Shown: positions 1 through 11,016, counted from the stretch's first letter. The stretch: 64,000 nt of DNA from Candidatus Cloacimonadales bacterium (GCA_963667035.1 OY762964.1:1600001-1664000), one strand, 5' to 3'. The notes: generated from the letters alone by a model not told the origin. Translations and numbers: made by a program.

Positions 1-746
1 TGGGGCGTTATTATAAGCGTGAGAACTCCATAAAAATGCTAAAAAACTATTCCATGGAACAAGATGTGTTTGGAATCACCTCCAGGAATATGGAACAGGT
101 AATGGCTCTTGACCTCTTACTAGATGATGATGTAAAAATGGTTTCTTTATCAGGTATTGCCGGAACCGGTAAAACATTGATAGCTATGGCAGCGGGATTA
201 CAGAAAGTTGTGGAAGATGATTTCTACAAGAGGCTTGTAATATCAAGACCAATCTCACCATTAGGTAAGGACTTGGGGTATTTACCGGGTTCAAAAACCG
301 AGAAGTTTAATCCTTGGATGCAACCGATATACGATAACATGGAAATTTTAATCACAAATCATCAGGATTCTTATCATAAAGATAATGTCAGAGTTTTCGG
401 TAAGAAAAACATAGGCCTGGATGATTTTCTTGATTTCGGTTTCATTGAACTGGAACCTCTTACCTATATCAGAGGTAGAAACCTTCCTAATCAGTTTATG
501 ATTATTGATGAAGCTCAAAATCTTACTCCTCATGAAATGAAAACAATTATTACCAGAGCCGGAGAGGGAACCAAAATTGTGCTTACCGGTGATCCCTATC
601 AAATAGATATGCCTTATCTTGATTCTCAGAGCAACGGATTAAGTAGAGTGGTAGAATTACTAAAGAACGAGGAACTCGTAGGCCATGTTACTCTCCAGAA
701 AGGTGAACGCTCTAAACTTGCAGAGATGGCTGCTAAATACTTCTAA
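1..746 (+). CDS. PhoH-family ATPase (YlaK-like), 5' part outside the window
   Basis: Walker A GIAGTGKT, LGYLPG, YIRGR, IIDEAQN, LTGDPYQID; frame is open back to position 3. Confidence 0.9.
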   Translation, partial: GRYYKRENSIKMLKNYSMEQDVFGITSRNMEQVMALDLLLDDDVKMVSLSGIAGTGKTLIAMAAGLQKVVEDDFYKRLVISRPISPLGKDLGYLPGSKTEKFNPWMQPIYDNMEILITNHQDSYHKDNVRVFGKKNIGLDDFLDFGFIELEPLTYIRGRNLPNQFMIIDEAQNLTPHEMKTIITRAGEGTKIVLTGDPYQIDMPYLDSQSNGLSRVVELLKNEELVGHVTLQKGERSKLAEMAAKYF

Positions 747-2644
747 TGAGTAAACATATAACAGATAGAACCTGGGTTGAGATTGACCTTGATCATTATC
801 ATCATAATCTTAATGAATTGAAACGCTACATTCCGGATGGAACAGATTTCCTACAGATTGTCAAAGCCGATGCTTACGGTCATTCTGCATGGAATATTGC
901 TATAGAAGCCGAGAAAGGCGGTACAGTGATGTTGGGAGTTGCAAACACCGATGAAGCTTCAATTCTTAGATATCAAGGTTGTGATCTCCCGATATTGGTT
1001 CTATCTCCTATAAATCCCAATGAAATTAATCTGGTAATCAAAGATAATCTTATTCCTGCTATAAGCGATTTGGAAACAGCTGTGTTGCTTTCCGAGCATG
1101 CATGTTCCGAGAATGTTAACTGTAAAATACATATTAATATTGATACAGGGATGAACAGAAGTGGTTATAGATGGGATAAAGCAATTGATTTTATAACTAA
1201 AGTTAATGAATTGCCTAATATTGAAATAGAAGGATTATTCTCCCATTTCGCAGGTAGTGAAAACGACGAATCATTTACCGAGTTGCAAGCGGAGAGATTT
1301 ACCTCTATTATTAATAAACTCAACTTTAAGCCAAAATACATCCATCAAGCAAACAGCTCCGCTATTGTCAATACTACTCTCACAAACTGCAACTTAGTGA
1401 GACTTGGTATTCTTACTTTTGGTGTTTACACTGATGAATCCCAAAAAGAGCATCTTGACTTGAAACCGGTACTTAGCTTTAAAACTAGAATTACCCAAGT
1501 ACATTCCGCTTTGAAAGGTGAAAGTATTGGCTATAATAGAACCTACACAACATGTAGAGATACTCGGTATGCCATTCTTCCTCTAGGCTATGCAGATGGA
1601 TATGATTTCCTTCTGTCAAATTCAGGTCAGGTAGAAATAGATAACCTCCTCTACCCTATCATAGGTAAAATCAGTATGGATATGATAGCTATTGATGTTA
1701 CCGATTACAAGGGTACTCTTATAGGTAAGGAAGTAACTCTGATTGGAGGTAAATTAGAAGAACTAAGAGCTGAAAACCTAGTGCGTAAATACAATGGGCT
1801 TAGCTATGAGTTACTCTGCCAAGTCGGTCGAAGAGCCAGGAGATATTTCAAAAAAGACGGTATGATTATAGATTCCGCCCCACTTATGAGAAGAGGATTC
1901 TATAGCCATGACTTTAACAACAAATCCCTGAATACGATTATCGAATCAGCTCTTCGGGAAAGACTTGAAGGAAGTGAGATTTCCGAGATGCTGTATAAAA
2001 GTATCTTAAAAGACCTCTTTTTTAGACATGATCACGACTTCTCTTACAAAAAGAACTTTGAGCATATAGTTGAGTTCTTTGACGATGATGAGAAAGATGG
2101 ATACTATAGAATCGAAACCGGTCTTACTTTTAAAAAGACTCTACTTCATCACGAATTAGTAGTTGTATGTACTGAGAAAGAAACCGATTTGCAGAAATAC
2201 TTTCTTAGTCCGGAAGTTGTTTACAGATGGTTCCTTGATGAAGGATTAGCAATTGATGAAGAATCATTTAAGTTACTGGAGGTTTCGGTTAATGGAGTTA
2301 GGCTTAATCCGGAATTAGTTTCCGGATTAGGAGAGAATAAGTATATTTGCAAACATGATAATCTGAATGATATGATTGGTCAGGAAGTTGAATTCTTAGT
2401 TAAAACTTCAACTTATTATCCTAAATCACATAAGCAGTTCTCTGTTTATATAGCTGAGTTAACCCAGGGGGTTAAGACCATATTAAGGTTTAAAGGTAAA
2501 TGTGAGGAGATGGAAGTTGTTACTGTATTCTCAGGACAGAACAGATATCCAGAGATAAAGAAAACTATGGATGAGATTGAAGTTAGTACTGAAACAGATG
2601 ATTGGATATTTCCAACCAGCGGATTAATCTTCGTTTATAACTAA
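746..2644 (+). CDS. alr: Alanine racemase with ~260-aa C-terminal extension
   Basis: PLP lysine motif VKADAYGH, IDTGMNR, SHFA, IGYNRTY, GYADG, ISMDM. Confidence 0.9.
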   Translation: MSKHITDRTWVEIDLDHYHHNLNELKRYIPDGTDFLQIVKADAYGHSAWNIAIEAEKGGTVMLGVANTDEASILRYQGCDLPILVLSPINPNEINLVIKDNLIPAISDLETAVLLSEHACSENVNCKIHINIDTGMNRSGYRWDKAIDFITKVNELPNIEIEGLFSHFAGSENDESFTELQAERFTSIINKLNFKPKYIHQANSSAIVNTTLTNCNLVRLGILTFGVYTDESQKEHLDLKPVLSFKTRITQVHSALKGESIGYNRTYTTCRDTRYAILPLGYADGYDFLLSNSGQVEIDNLLYPIIGKISMDMIAIDVTDYKGTLIGKEVTLIGGKLEELRAENLVRKYNGLSYELLCQVGRRARRYFKKDGMIIDSAPLMRRGFYSHDFNNKSLNTIIESALRERLEGSEISEMLYKSILKDLFFRHDHDFSYKKNFEHIVEFFDDDEKDGYYRIETGLTFKKTLLHHELVVVCTEKETDLQKYFLSPEVVYRWFLDEGLAIDEESFKLLEVSVNGVRLNPELVSGLGENKYICKHDNLNDMIGQEVEFLVKTSTYYPKSHKQFSVYIAELTQGVKTILRFKGKCEEMEVVTVFSGQNRYPEIKKTMDEIEVSTETDDWIFPTSGLIFVYN

Positions 2645-3831
2645 TACTGTCCTAACAGCCAAGCACCAATAGTATCGGGGAAGAAAACAAGTAATAGAAC
2701 CATTAAAACAAAAGCTAACCCTGCAAGAGTAATAACTCTCTTATATCCTGCCGACAATTCCATATATTTGTTCTTATAAAAAGCTATCTCCAGTTTATTT
2801 TTAACACTATCATCCTTAAGTATGTTAGGCTCAGACTTATCGTTCTTAACTTCTACCAGCTCAACTACAGCTTTCTGATCCTGTTCTTTAGTATTAAGAA
2901 CAGGCTTATCCGTAGCCTTATCTTCTACTTGTTTCTCAACAGATTGCTTAGTTTCCATGTGCCACTTCTTTGTCGGTATCTCAATATTCTCAGCTTTATG
3001 AGTATCAAAAAGCTCTTCTCTCATGAAGAGAAAGTTGTTAAGTATAGTAATCAGATTAAATGGCTGATTGTAGCGTTCAGCAGGATCATAAGCCAATAAC
3101 TTTTGAAGCATTGTAGCTATCTCGTGAGTATGATTCTCAGCCTTTGAGAATTGTGGCTTCTTAACATTCTCATATAACTCTACCAGATTGTTTCCCTTGT
3201 CATAAGGTAGTTTTCCAAAAAGTATCTGATGCATTATCAAACCGAGACTATATAAGTCGCTCTTTATAACCGGTTGATTCTTCTGCTTGAAAAGCTCAGG
3301 AGCTCTGTAGAGATAGAAATCATTAAGGATCTCGTTCTTCATGTATGGTACAAGTAACTCACGCCAATGGAAATTCATAATCTTAACTTTCTTATTGGTA
3401 TCTATGATTATGTCATCAGGAGTCAGGTTACCGTTAATTAATCCGTGCATGTGGGCATCGTGCAAAGCCTGACAGATATCTTTGATAATGCCAAGAGCCT
3501 TCTTTTGACTAAACTTATTGTAGTCCTTTAATACATCTGAAAGAAACTCACCGTCCGAGTAACTGAATATGAGGCAAATACGTTCATCATATATAATCAT
3601 GCTGTTTAGTGTTAAAACACTCTCATGATGCAACTTTACTTGCTTTTTAGCTTCTTCCATAAGTGAAAGACTAAGCTCTTCAGTAAGAGATTTATCCGAA
3701 AACACTCTAATGAATACTTTGGAATCAAGAATCTGATCCTTTGCTATATATAATTCACCCAAGTAATCGCTTTTAACAAATCTGATTATCTTAAAATCTT
3801 TAATTTCGTAGTTTGCCCGATATAGACTCAT
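2641..3831 (-). CDS. Ser/Thr protein kinase-like protein with degenerate catalytic motifs and C-terminal TM helix
   Basis: YRAPE, SDLYSLG, DPAERY retained; HRD and DFG replaced by NGN and NFH. Confidence 0.8.
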   Translation of the reverse strand: MSLYRANYEIKDFKIIRFVKSDYLGELYIAKDQILDSKVFIRVFSDKSLTEELSLSLMEEAKKQVKLHHESVLTLNSMIIYDERICLIFSYSDGEFLSDVLKDYNKFSQKKALGIIKDICQALHDAHMHGLINGNLTPDDIIIDTNKKVKIMNFHWRELLVPYMKNEILNDFYLYRAPELFKQKNQPVIKSDLYSLGLIMHQILFGKLPYDKGNNLVELYENVKKPQFSKAENHTHEIATMLQKLLAYDPAERYNQPFNLITILNNFLFMREELFDTHKAENIEIPTKKWHMETKQSVEKQVEDKATDKPVLNTKEQDQKAVVELVEVKNDKSEPNILKDDSVKNKLEIAFYKNKYMELSAGYKRVITLAGLAFVLMVLLLVFFPDTIGAWLLGQY

Positions 3832-3837
3832 GTTACC

Positions 3838-5124
3838 TTAAACCTTTTCTCCGATTAAAGTTCCGCTTGTTGCATCAGTAATTCTGACATTTACAAATTT
3901 GCCTATTAGAGACTTATCCCCTTTAAACACAGCTATTTTGAAATCCTCAGTTTTCCCTGAGACATCTTCATCAGATTTTCTGCTGATATTTTCTACATAA
4001 ACTTCTTTGATAGAACCAATCTGTTCTCTGTATTTTTGTAAAGTAATTTCCCTTTGCATTTCAATAATCTCTTTCAAACGGTCCAGTCTAGTTTCTTCAG
4101 GAATTTGATTAGTGTATTGAGCAGCTTTTGTTCCTGTTCTTGGAGAATACTTGTACATGAAGGCATAATCATACCCGACTTTCTCCATTAATCTATATGT
4201 TTTCATGTACTGTTCGTGAGTTTCTCCGGGAAAACCAACAATGATGTCCGTGGTAAGTCCAATATTAGGCATCGCTTCTTTGAGCTTCTTTATAATTGTG
4301 TAGTAATGCTCTGAAGTATAACCTCTATTCATCATTCTTAGAATATCATCATCTCCGCTTTGCATAGGTAAATGTAAGTGTTTGCAAATCTTACTTTCTT
4401 CTGCCATGACCTTTATCAGATCGTCGGAAAGATCTTTTGGATGAGATGTAACAAATCTAAGCCTTTTGATAGTGTCTATTTGACTTACCCGTTTCATTAG
4501 CTCGGGAAATTTGATTCCTTCAAAAGAATAGGAATTAACATTCTGTCCTAAGAGTGTAACATCTTTAAAGCCTTTACGTCCTGCTTCTTCAACTTCAAAC
4601 AGAATCTCGTCAAAGGGTCTTGAACGTTCTCTACCCCTAACATAAGGGACAATGCAATAGGTGCAAAAGTTGTTACAACCCCTCATGATTGTTACAAAAG
4701 CATTGAACTGTCCTCTTCTGGTCGGATAAACATTATGGTATACTTCATTGAAATTAAAGTCGGTTGTAACCTCTAGCTTCTCATTAATAATACGAGGAAT
4801 TTCATGATATTGATCAACACCGACAACAAAATCAACCCCAATATTAAGATTAATCAATTCATCTTGAAGTCGTTGAGCCATGCAACCAATTACACCTATA
4901 AGTAAATCTTGCTTTGTTCTCTTTCTGGATTGTTCATTTGAAATGCGTCCCTTCACTCTATCTTCTGCATGTTGACGAACAGAGCAAGTGTTGAAAAGAA
5001 TAATGTCAGCTTCATCAATTGTCTCGGCTTCGGCAAATCCGGCATCAGTTAGGATAGTTGCTACCAGCTCACTGTCAGATATATTCATCTGACAACCATA
5101 GGTTTCTATAAAAAAATTCTTCAT
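3838..5124 (-). CDS. miaB: tRNA methylthiotransferase MiaB
   Basis: ETYGCQMN, NTCSVR, GCMAQ, radical SAM CNNFCTYC, C-terminal TRAM domain. Confidence 0.95.
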   Translation of the reverse strand: MKNFFIETYGCQMNISDSELVATILTDAGFAEAETIDEADIILFNTCSVRQHAEDRVKGRISNEQSRKRTKQDLLIGVIGCMAQRLQDELINLNIGVDFVVGVDQYHEIPRIINEKLEVTTDFNFNEVYHNVYPTRRGQFNAFVTIMRGCNNFCTYCIVPYVRGRERSRPFDEILFEVEEAGRKGFKDVTLLGQNVNSYSFEGIKFPELMKRVSQIDTIKRLRFVTSHPKDLSDDLIKVMAEESKICKHLHLPMQSGDDDILRMMNRGYTSEHYYTIIKKLKEAMPNIGLTTDIIVGFPGETHEQYMKTYRLMEKVGYDYAFMYKYSPRTGTKAAQYTNQIPEETRLDRLKEIIEMQREITLQKYREQIGSIKEVYVENISRKSDEDVSGKTEDFKIAVFKGDKSLIGKFVNVRITDATSGTLIGEKV

Positions 5125-5126
5125 AT

Positions 5127-6365
5127 CTAATTATCTCCTTCCCAAGCCTTTGCCACAGCAATACCCTCGTCAACATTCACTGTTTGTAAGACAAGAATTC
5201 CTGCAACAAAAAAAACTAACACGGATAAAATTGAGTATCTGATATCTCCGGTTATTCTCTTCATTTCACCAAATAATAAAGGTCCTACTATTGATGATAT
5301 TCTTCCGGCAATTGAATAGAAACCAAAAAATTCAGCTTGTTTGTCTTTTGGAGTTAATCTCGATAACATAGTTCTACTATTGGCTTGAGAAGATCCTATT
5401 GCTATCCCTGCTAAAAGCACAACATACAGAAACTCTGAAGCACTCTTACAGAAGAATGACCATATAACTACAACAATCCAAATTAATAATGAAATATTTA
5501 TTGATGACTTAAGCTTGAATCTATCGGCAAGAACTCCGAATAACCAAGCTCCGGCAACAGAAGTAAACTGAGCAAACATGAATAATTTTATGATATCTTT
5601 AGTGCTCATTCCAAAACGTTCCATACCATATATGGACGTAAAAGCTATCACTGTTGTAATCCCGTCATTATAAATAAAGTAACTAATCAAGTATCTGGTT
5701 AATTGCTTTAAGTTTCTGATACTTCCGAATGATTTTCTGATTCTATTGAAGGCTATTTTAAAGTAGTTAGACCTTTTACTGGGTCTATTTAGTTCTTTTA
5801 CCCAAAAGAAAGCAAAAGCAGAGAAAATGAGAAAGTATAAGGCAACTGACGGGAATACCCAATTTATCAACTTATTGTTTACAAGTATCAAAGAGAAGAC
5901 TAAAGAGATAAGACCGCCAATATAGCCAAGTCCCCATCCCATACCGGATATACGTCCTATTTCTTTATCGCTGGCAATCTCTGGCAAAAAAGAATTGTAA
6001 AAGACATTTGCACTGTGGTACCCAATATTTGCTAATATAAAGAATAGCATTCCTGTAAAAACATCCCCTGCTCTGACAAAATATAGTAGGGATGTGAAGA
6101 TTATGCAAAGATAAGTATTGATAAATAGAAACTTCTTCTTACTTCTTGAATAATCTGCGATTGCACCAAAAATTGGAGCGGAGATAGCAACAAAGAACAT
6201 TGATATCGCTATTGCTCTTCCCCATAAAGCACTACCTACATCACTATTACCTACAACAGCATCAACAAAGTATCTGCTATAAACTACTGTTACAATTATC
6301 GTTGTAAATGCTGAATTGGCAAAATCATATAACATCCAACCCAGAACATTCTTACTCAGTTTCAA
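5127..6365 (-). CDS. MFS transporter (UMF1-like)
   Basis: WMLYDFANSAF N-terminal motif, about 12 hydrophobic segments, EFFGFY. Confidence 0.85.
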   Translation of the reverse strand: MKLSKNVLGWMLYDFANSAFTTIIVTVVYSRYFVDAVVGNSDVGSALWGRAIAISMFFVAISAPIFGAIADYSRSKKKFLFINTYLCIIFTSLLYFVRAGDVFTGMLFFILANIGYHSANVFYNSFLPEIASDKEIGRISGMGWGLGYIGGLISLVFSLILVNNKLINWVFPSVALYFLIFSAFAFFWVKELNRPSKRSNYFKIAFNRIRKSFGSIRNLKQLTRYLISYFIYNDGITTVIAFTSIYGMERFGMSTKDIIKLFMFAQFTSVAGAWLFGVLADRFKLKSSINISLLIWIVVVIWSFFCKSASEFLYVVLLAGIAIGSSQANSRTMLSRLTPKDKQAEFFGFYSIAGRISSIVGPLLFGEMKRITGDIRYSILSVLVFFVAGILVLQTVNVDEGIAVAKAWEGDN

Positions 6366-7428
6366 TTATATATCCGTCCTTAAGTACTATTTTAGGGAGA
6401 TTGAATGCTTCATATTCCTGAGCATTCGGTGTGGCAATGAAAACCTGATGCTCAGAGCCTACCAGTTCAATAATCTTTGTAGTTCGCTTCTCATCAAGTT
6501 CAGAAAGTATATCGTCAAATATAAGAATAGGAAATGACTTGGACTGCTCTCTGATTAGCTTAGCTTGTGCTAACTTCATAGAGATTGCTATGGACCTCTT
6601 CTGACCTTGAGAGGCAAATTCTTTAGCAAATCTGTCATCTAGACGTATAATAACATCATCAAGATGTGGTCCAAATATCGTGTGACCTTGTTCAACTTCC
6701 CGTTTTTCCTTCTCATAAAGAAACTCAGCTAGCTCATTCTGATTCATGTCTATAGGCAAAGTACTCTTGTAGCATAAAGTTAACTGCTCTTTGCTATCGG
6801 TTAAGGCTTCGCAAATCTGCTTACTTACAAACTCCAATCTGCGACAATACTCCATTCTTCTTTTAATAATTTCATTAGCATTTGTGTATAGTTTAGTATC
6901 CCAGATTCTTTTAAGCTTATCATCAAACTCAGATTTCAACAAGGCATTACGTTGTTGCAATATCTTTTGATACTCCCTTAGTAGATGTAAGTACTCCCAG
7001 TCATTCTGTGAACAACTGGTATCAATAAAATTACGCCTGATTCGAGGTGTATTGTTAACAAGTCCGATATCATCGGGAGAGAAGTAAACAATTTTCACAT
7101 GCTTGTATAATTCACTTAGTTTACTAATCGGACGATTGTTTAGCTTAACAGACTTAGAGTTTTGCTGAAAACTAATCTCAAAAGAAAGGGCTTCACCGTC
7201 ATCGGAGAAGCCTGTTTTATTATAAAAAAATTGAGATTCGAAACTAACTAAGTCCTGATCAGAGAAGTTTCTCACCGACCTTCCGAAAGCAGAGTAAGCA
7301 ATAGCTTCTAATAAGTTAGACTTACCACTTCCGTTATCACCTGAAATCAAGCAACCTTTAGGGTTGAATTCAATATTTAATCTAGAGAAATTCCTGAAGT
7401 TTACAAGGTTTAGACTTGTAACTTTCAA
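6352..7428 (-). CDS. recF: DNA replication/repair protein RecF
   Basis: NFRN, GDNGSGKSNLLEAI, GPHLDD, SQGQKR, DDILSELD. Confidence 0.95.
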   Translation of the reverse strand: MKVTSLNLVNFRNFSRLNIEFNPKGCLISGDNGSGKSNLLEAIAYSAFGRSVRNFSDQDLVSFESQFFYNKTGFSDDGEALSFEISFQQNSKSVKLNNRPISKLSELYKHVKIVYFSPDDIGLVNNTPRIRRNFIDTSCSQNDWEYLHLLREYQKILQQRNALLKSEFDDKLKRIWDTKLYTNANEIIKRRMEYCRRLEFVSKQICEALTDSKEQLTLCYKSTLPIDMNQNELAEFLYEKEKREVEQGHTIFGPHLDDVIIRLDDRFAKEFASQGQKRSIAISMKLAQAKLIREQSKSFPILIFDDILSELDEKRTTKIIELVGSEHQVFIATPNAQEYEAFNLPKIVLKDGYIIETE

Positions 7429-7429
7429 T

Positions 7430-8557
7430 TTATCTAGTCCGTAATGGCATCAACAGATATCTAGATTCCTGATTTTCAGGTTCCTCAGTGTTTGTTATAA
7501 TGAAAGGTTTTGTATTACCGGAAAATTCCAGTTTTACGCTTTCAGTGTCAATAACATCCAGAATTGATCTAAGAAATCTGGCATTACAAGATATCTTCAT
7601 AGGTTCGCCACTATAAGTGAAATCTTCAACTAATATTTCAGCTTCACCAATATCCGGTCTCATTGTGCTGAGCTTAAGGTTCTCTGATGTAATGTTCATT
7701 TTAACTTTATGATTATCGTCTGGAGCCAAGAAAGCAAGTCTCTTAAGAGAACGTTTGAAGTTCTCGTTGTTTATTTCTAAAGTTGAAGTAATTTCTGAAG
7801 GGAATACTTTACCATAATCAGGATATTCACCCTCTATGATATTTGAATAAACTGTGTAGTTAGAATATGCAAACATAACACGAGCAGCTTGGAAAACAAC
7901 CTGCAAATCAATATCATCCTCTTTAATAATCTTTTGCATGAAAGTTAAGCACTTTGTAGGAAGAATATGAGCTGTTTCTGTTTCTATCTCAGTATTAGAG
8001 CTTATCTGAATCTCTGAGATTCTCTTACCATCTGAAGATGCCATGATTTGCTTGTCTGTGATTATCTTCCAGAATACACCTGTAAATAGTATACGTGATT
8101 TCTCCTGAGAAACGGAGAATATGGTTTTATTAACCATTTTATTGAATACCATAGCATCAACTGAAAAAGCATTGTTCAATGAGCGATTAGGTACTAAAGG
8201 ATATTCACTCGGATCTGCAGAAAGGAACTGATAGTTGTTTCCTGCACAAAGAATGTTAACAGTTTCGTCATCCTTGGATATACTAAGTTGTGGATTATCT
8301 AAATCACCCAAATTGTTAATCATATCTACAAAAACTCTAGCCGGGATAGCTATTCTACCGCTCTCAAGTACTTTTGCTTCAAATTGACATATTACAGTCA
8401 TATATAGATTAGAAACGGTGAAAACAACATTATTAGTTTCTTCATCTGCTTCAATAAGAAAGTTTTCGAGGATAGGCATCGTATTCTTACCCGGTATAAG
8501 GCTTGCCAGGTGAGGAATATGCTGAGCAAGCTGATTAAGTTCTATTGAAAAACGCAT
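7430..8557 (-). CDS. dnaN: DNA polymerase III beta clamp
   Basis: MPIL, SDGKR, EGEYPDY, C-terminal LLMPLR; adjacent to recF. Confidence 0.95.
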   Translation of the reverse strand: MRFSIELNQLAQHIPHLASLIPGKNTMPILENFLIEADEETNNVVFTVSNLYMTVICQFEAKVLESGRIAIPARVFVDMINNLGDLDNPQLSISKDDETVNILCAGNNYQFLSADPSEYPLVPNRSLNNAFSVDAMVFNKMVNKTIFSVSQEKSRILFTGVFWKIITDKQIMASSDGKRISEIQISSNTEIETETAHILPTKCLTFMQKIIKEDDIDLQVVFQAARVMFAYSNYTVYSNIIEGEYPDYGKVFPSEITSTLEINNENFKRSLKRLAFLAPDDNHKVKMNITSENLKLSTMRPDIGEAEILVEDFTYSGEPMKISCNARFLRSILDVIDTESVKLEFSGNTKPFIITNTEEPENQESRYLLMPLRTR

Positions 8558-9227
8558 ATTGAACCCCTATTCTTTTTTTCCCAATTTCATCCGTTTAGCG
8601 GAGACAGTCAACCTTTTTTTATATCTATGTCTATACCATTGATTTATTAATCTGTAATTGTTTTCTCTGTTTGCTAATAGCAGAACCTAAAAGATTATTA
8701 ATAAATCTTTAACGTATGAGTTAGCTTACTTACGGTTCACGATACTTCCGTATTTCTATAGATTTCTTTTATTGATTAAAGGTATACTGAAAATGTAACC
8801 TAGCATACTCACTTCTTTATGATTTATATAAAGTGATTTCAAGGTATAAATGAACCCTCTGTGTTCAATAAAACCGTTCACGAGAAACTCCTTTACACAA
8901 AATCTTAAGGTTATATCATCAAGCTTCGAATCTTAACCACAATTAAAACAATACTTATCGGTTATAGGTATCCCACAGTTCTTACATTCTTCATGTATGT
9001 TTGTATCCTTAGAATTCTTTTCCTAATCCATTTACACTTAAACACATTTTAAGCAATGATTATCTTTAAGGGATACTTCTTAGGAGATTACAATAAAAAG
9101 ACTTGCTACACTAATTCTGAATCAAATATAAGTTGCTATAATGCTCCACTATCAATTACTCAGAACTTAGAATTACTATTTGTTATTGACACTCTAATAA
9201 TAGTATAAATTCTTGCAACACATAGGT

Positions 9228-9304
9228 GCCCCTGTAGCTCAGCTGGATAGAGCAGTTCCCTCCTAAGGAAAAGGTCGTGCGTTCGAATCGCGCCAGGGGT
9301 GCCA
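9228..9304 (+). tRNA. tRNA-Arg (CCT)
   Basis: Acceptor GCCCCTG/CAGGGGT, D arm AGCTCAGCTGGATAGAGC, anticodon loop CTCCTAA, T loop GTTCGAATC, encoded CCA. Confidence 0.95.
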
Positions 9305-9415
9305 AAAGCAGTCATAACTCATTTTACATGTATAATCATCCGCAATTAGAAGAACTACTTCACAATCGAATGTATAAAATCAAGTATTCATTTATAGATT
9401 TTTTGTATAAAAACA

Positions 9416-9441
9416 AAAGGGACAAGCATGCTTGTCCCCTT
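9416..9441. terminator. Hairpin between convergent tRNA-Arg and LamG gene
   Basis: GGGACAAGC-AT-GCTTGTCCC with an A-run on the left. Confidence 0.6.
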
Positions 9442-9463
9442 GATAAAATATGTACTTTCTACT

Positions 9464-10849
9464 TTATTTAAGCAGAAGCATCTTCTTTGTTGATTCATAA
9501 TTTTCAGACTTGAGTTTATAGAAATATAATCCTGTACCTACAGTTTCTCCATTATCGTTACACCCATTCCAAGTATAGGTATTGACTTGGTCTTTTGATA
9601 TACTTCTGTTACTTAACAGAGTTCTTACTTTCTCGCCTTTAACATCAAAAATCACTAGTTCTACCGTACAATCTTCAGGCATGGAAAAGCTAATTGTTGT
9701 ACTTGGATTGAAAGGATTAGGATAGTTTTGATATAAGCCAAAGCTGTTTGTTATTTCAGGAGTATCATCTTCCCCATCTTCATTTGCTTGAACTTTCACA
9801 TAGATAGGTCCATACATTACAGTAGCATTAGAAATATCTATATGTTCTAACCAATACTCATAAGTTATATCATCTGTCAGTTCCCAACTATCTATGTAAG
9901 AGTATTCAGTAGGTTCAGAAGAAGTTCCTGCTCCAATAATGATTTCACCGTTTAATTGTAACAATTCTTCATCTCCACTTGAACGGTAAATATTCCAGCC
10001 AATATTATTAATTTCTGACTGAGTCATCCAAGCAATAGAAACCATTTCACTATCTTGAATGTAAGTTGCAGTGAAAGACGAGAGAATTATCGGGAGAGGG
10101 GAATCAGACAAAATCCATGTTGGGTCTGCTGTGTCCGAACCTGAATTAGTTCCTAAAATTGCATCATTATTTCCTGTAGTATCATAGGCTACCTGTCCTG
10201 AAGTCTCATTAAACTTATAGTAAGCAACCAAACCCTGTTCAGAACCCGGAAGTTCATGATCCATGTTATCAGAGATCTCAGATTGGGTTCTTGCATCTCC
10301 CCATATCCTAAGCTCATCCAATTTACCAACAAGCATTCTACCTGTAGGGTCACCCGTAGAGCGTCCTATATTTACAGGTTGTGTAGAACTATATATATTA
10401 TAGTTGAAATTACTACTTGCTTTTTCTTCACTATTCACATAAAGCTTGGCTGTTGAACCATTATATACTACAGCAACATGTTGCCAAGCGTTTAAGGTCA
10501 ACGCATTATAGGCTGTTACAGATGCCCAGTTCTGTCCTCCGGCATAAGAGAATGTAAAATTAAGGTCTCCACCGGCACCACCATATCTAAAAACATAGCC
10601 TTCAGTGTTGGTGTTTTCCCAAAAGTCATTACTAGCAATGGTATTCCTCCAAAAAGCATCTTTGAAGTTTGTCGGATAAAGCCATGCTTCTATCGACATT
10701 GTATTGTCTGTAATATTCAGTGAAGCTCCGGAACCACAATTTACATAGTCATTATTTCCGTCAAAATCCAAACAATTATTTTGCGCAAACAGACTTAGCG
10801 AGAATGTCGCTAATATAACTATAAAAAAAACTAACAATGTCTTTTTCAT
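9464..10849 (-). CDS. Secreted LamG-domain protein with FlgD-Ig/T9SS-like C-terminal domain
   Basis: Signal peptide, LDFDGNNDYV, WQHVAVVY, LDELRIW, QNYPNPFNPSTTISF...KMLLLK. Confidence 0.85.
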   Translation of the reverse strand: MKKTLLVFFIVILATFSLSLFAQNNCLDFDGNNDYVNCGSGASLNITDNTMSIEAWLYPTNFKDAFWRNTIASNDFWENTNTEGYVFRYGGAGGDLNFTFSYAGGQNWASVTAYNALTLNAWQHVAVVYNGSTAKLYVNSEEKASSNFNYNIYSSTQPVNIGRSTGDPTGRMLVGKLDELRIWGDARTQSEISDNMDHELPGSEQGLVAYYKFNETSGQVAYDTTGNNDAILGTNSGSDTADPTWILSDSPLPIILSSFTATYIQDSEMVSIAWMTQSEINNIGWNIYRSSGDEELLQLNGEIIIGAGTSSEPTEYSYIDSWELTDDITYEYWLEHIDISNATVMYGPIYVKVQANEDGEDDTPEITNSFGLYQNYPNPFNPSTTISFSMPEDCTVELVIFDVKGEKVRTLLSNRSISKDQVNTYTWNGCNDNGETVGTGLYFYKLKSENYESTKKMLLLK

Positions 10850-11016
10850 TGTTTACTCCTTTTTGTTTATGTCCCCATTCAATTTTTGATATAACCAATA
10901 TATGCTTCTTGTGTCAATAAAAAAATAAAGTAAGCATACCTGTTTCTTAACTCTTCTTACTATAGCAAATTCGCATAGGTTAATGAACACAATAAAAGTT
11001 CTTACTTATCAATTAT

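Noticed and set aside
9277..9471. 64-aa ORF in the track
   Set aside because: Starts inside tRNA-Arg and crosses a terminator hairpin.
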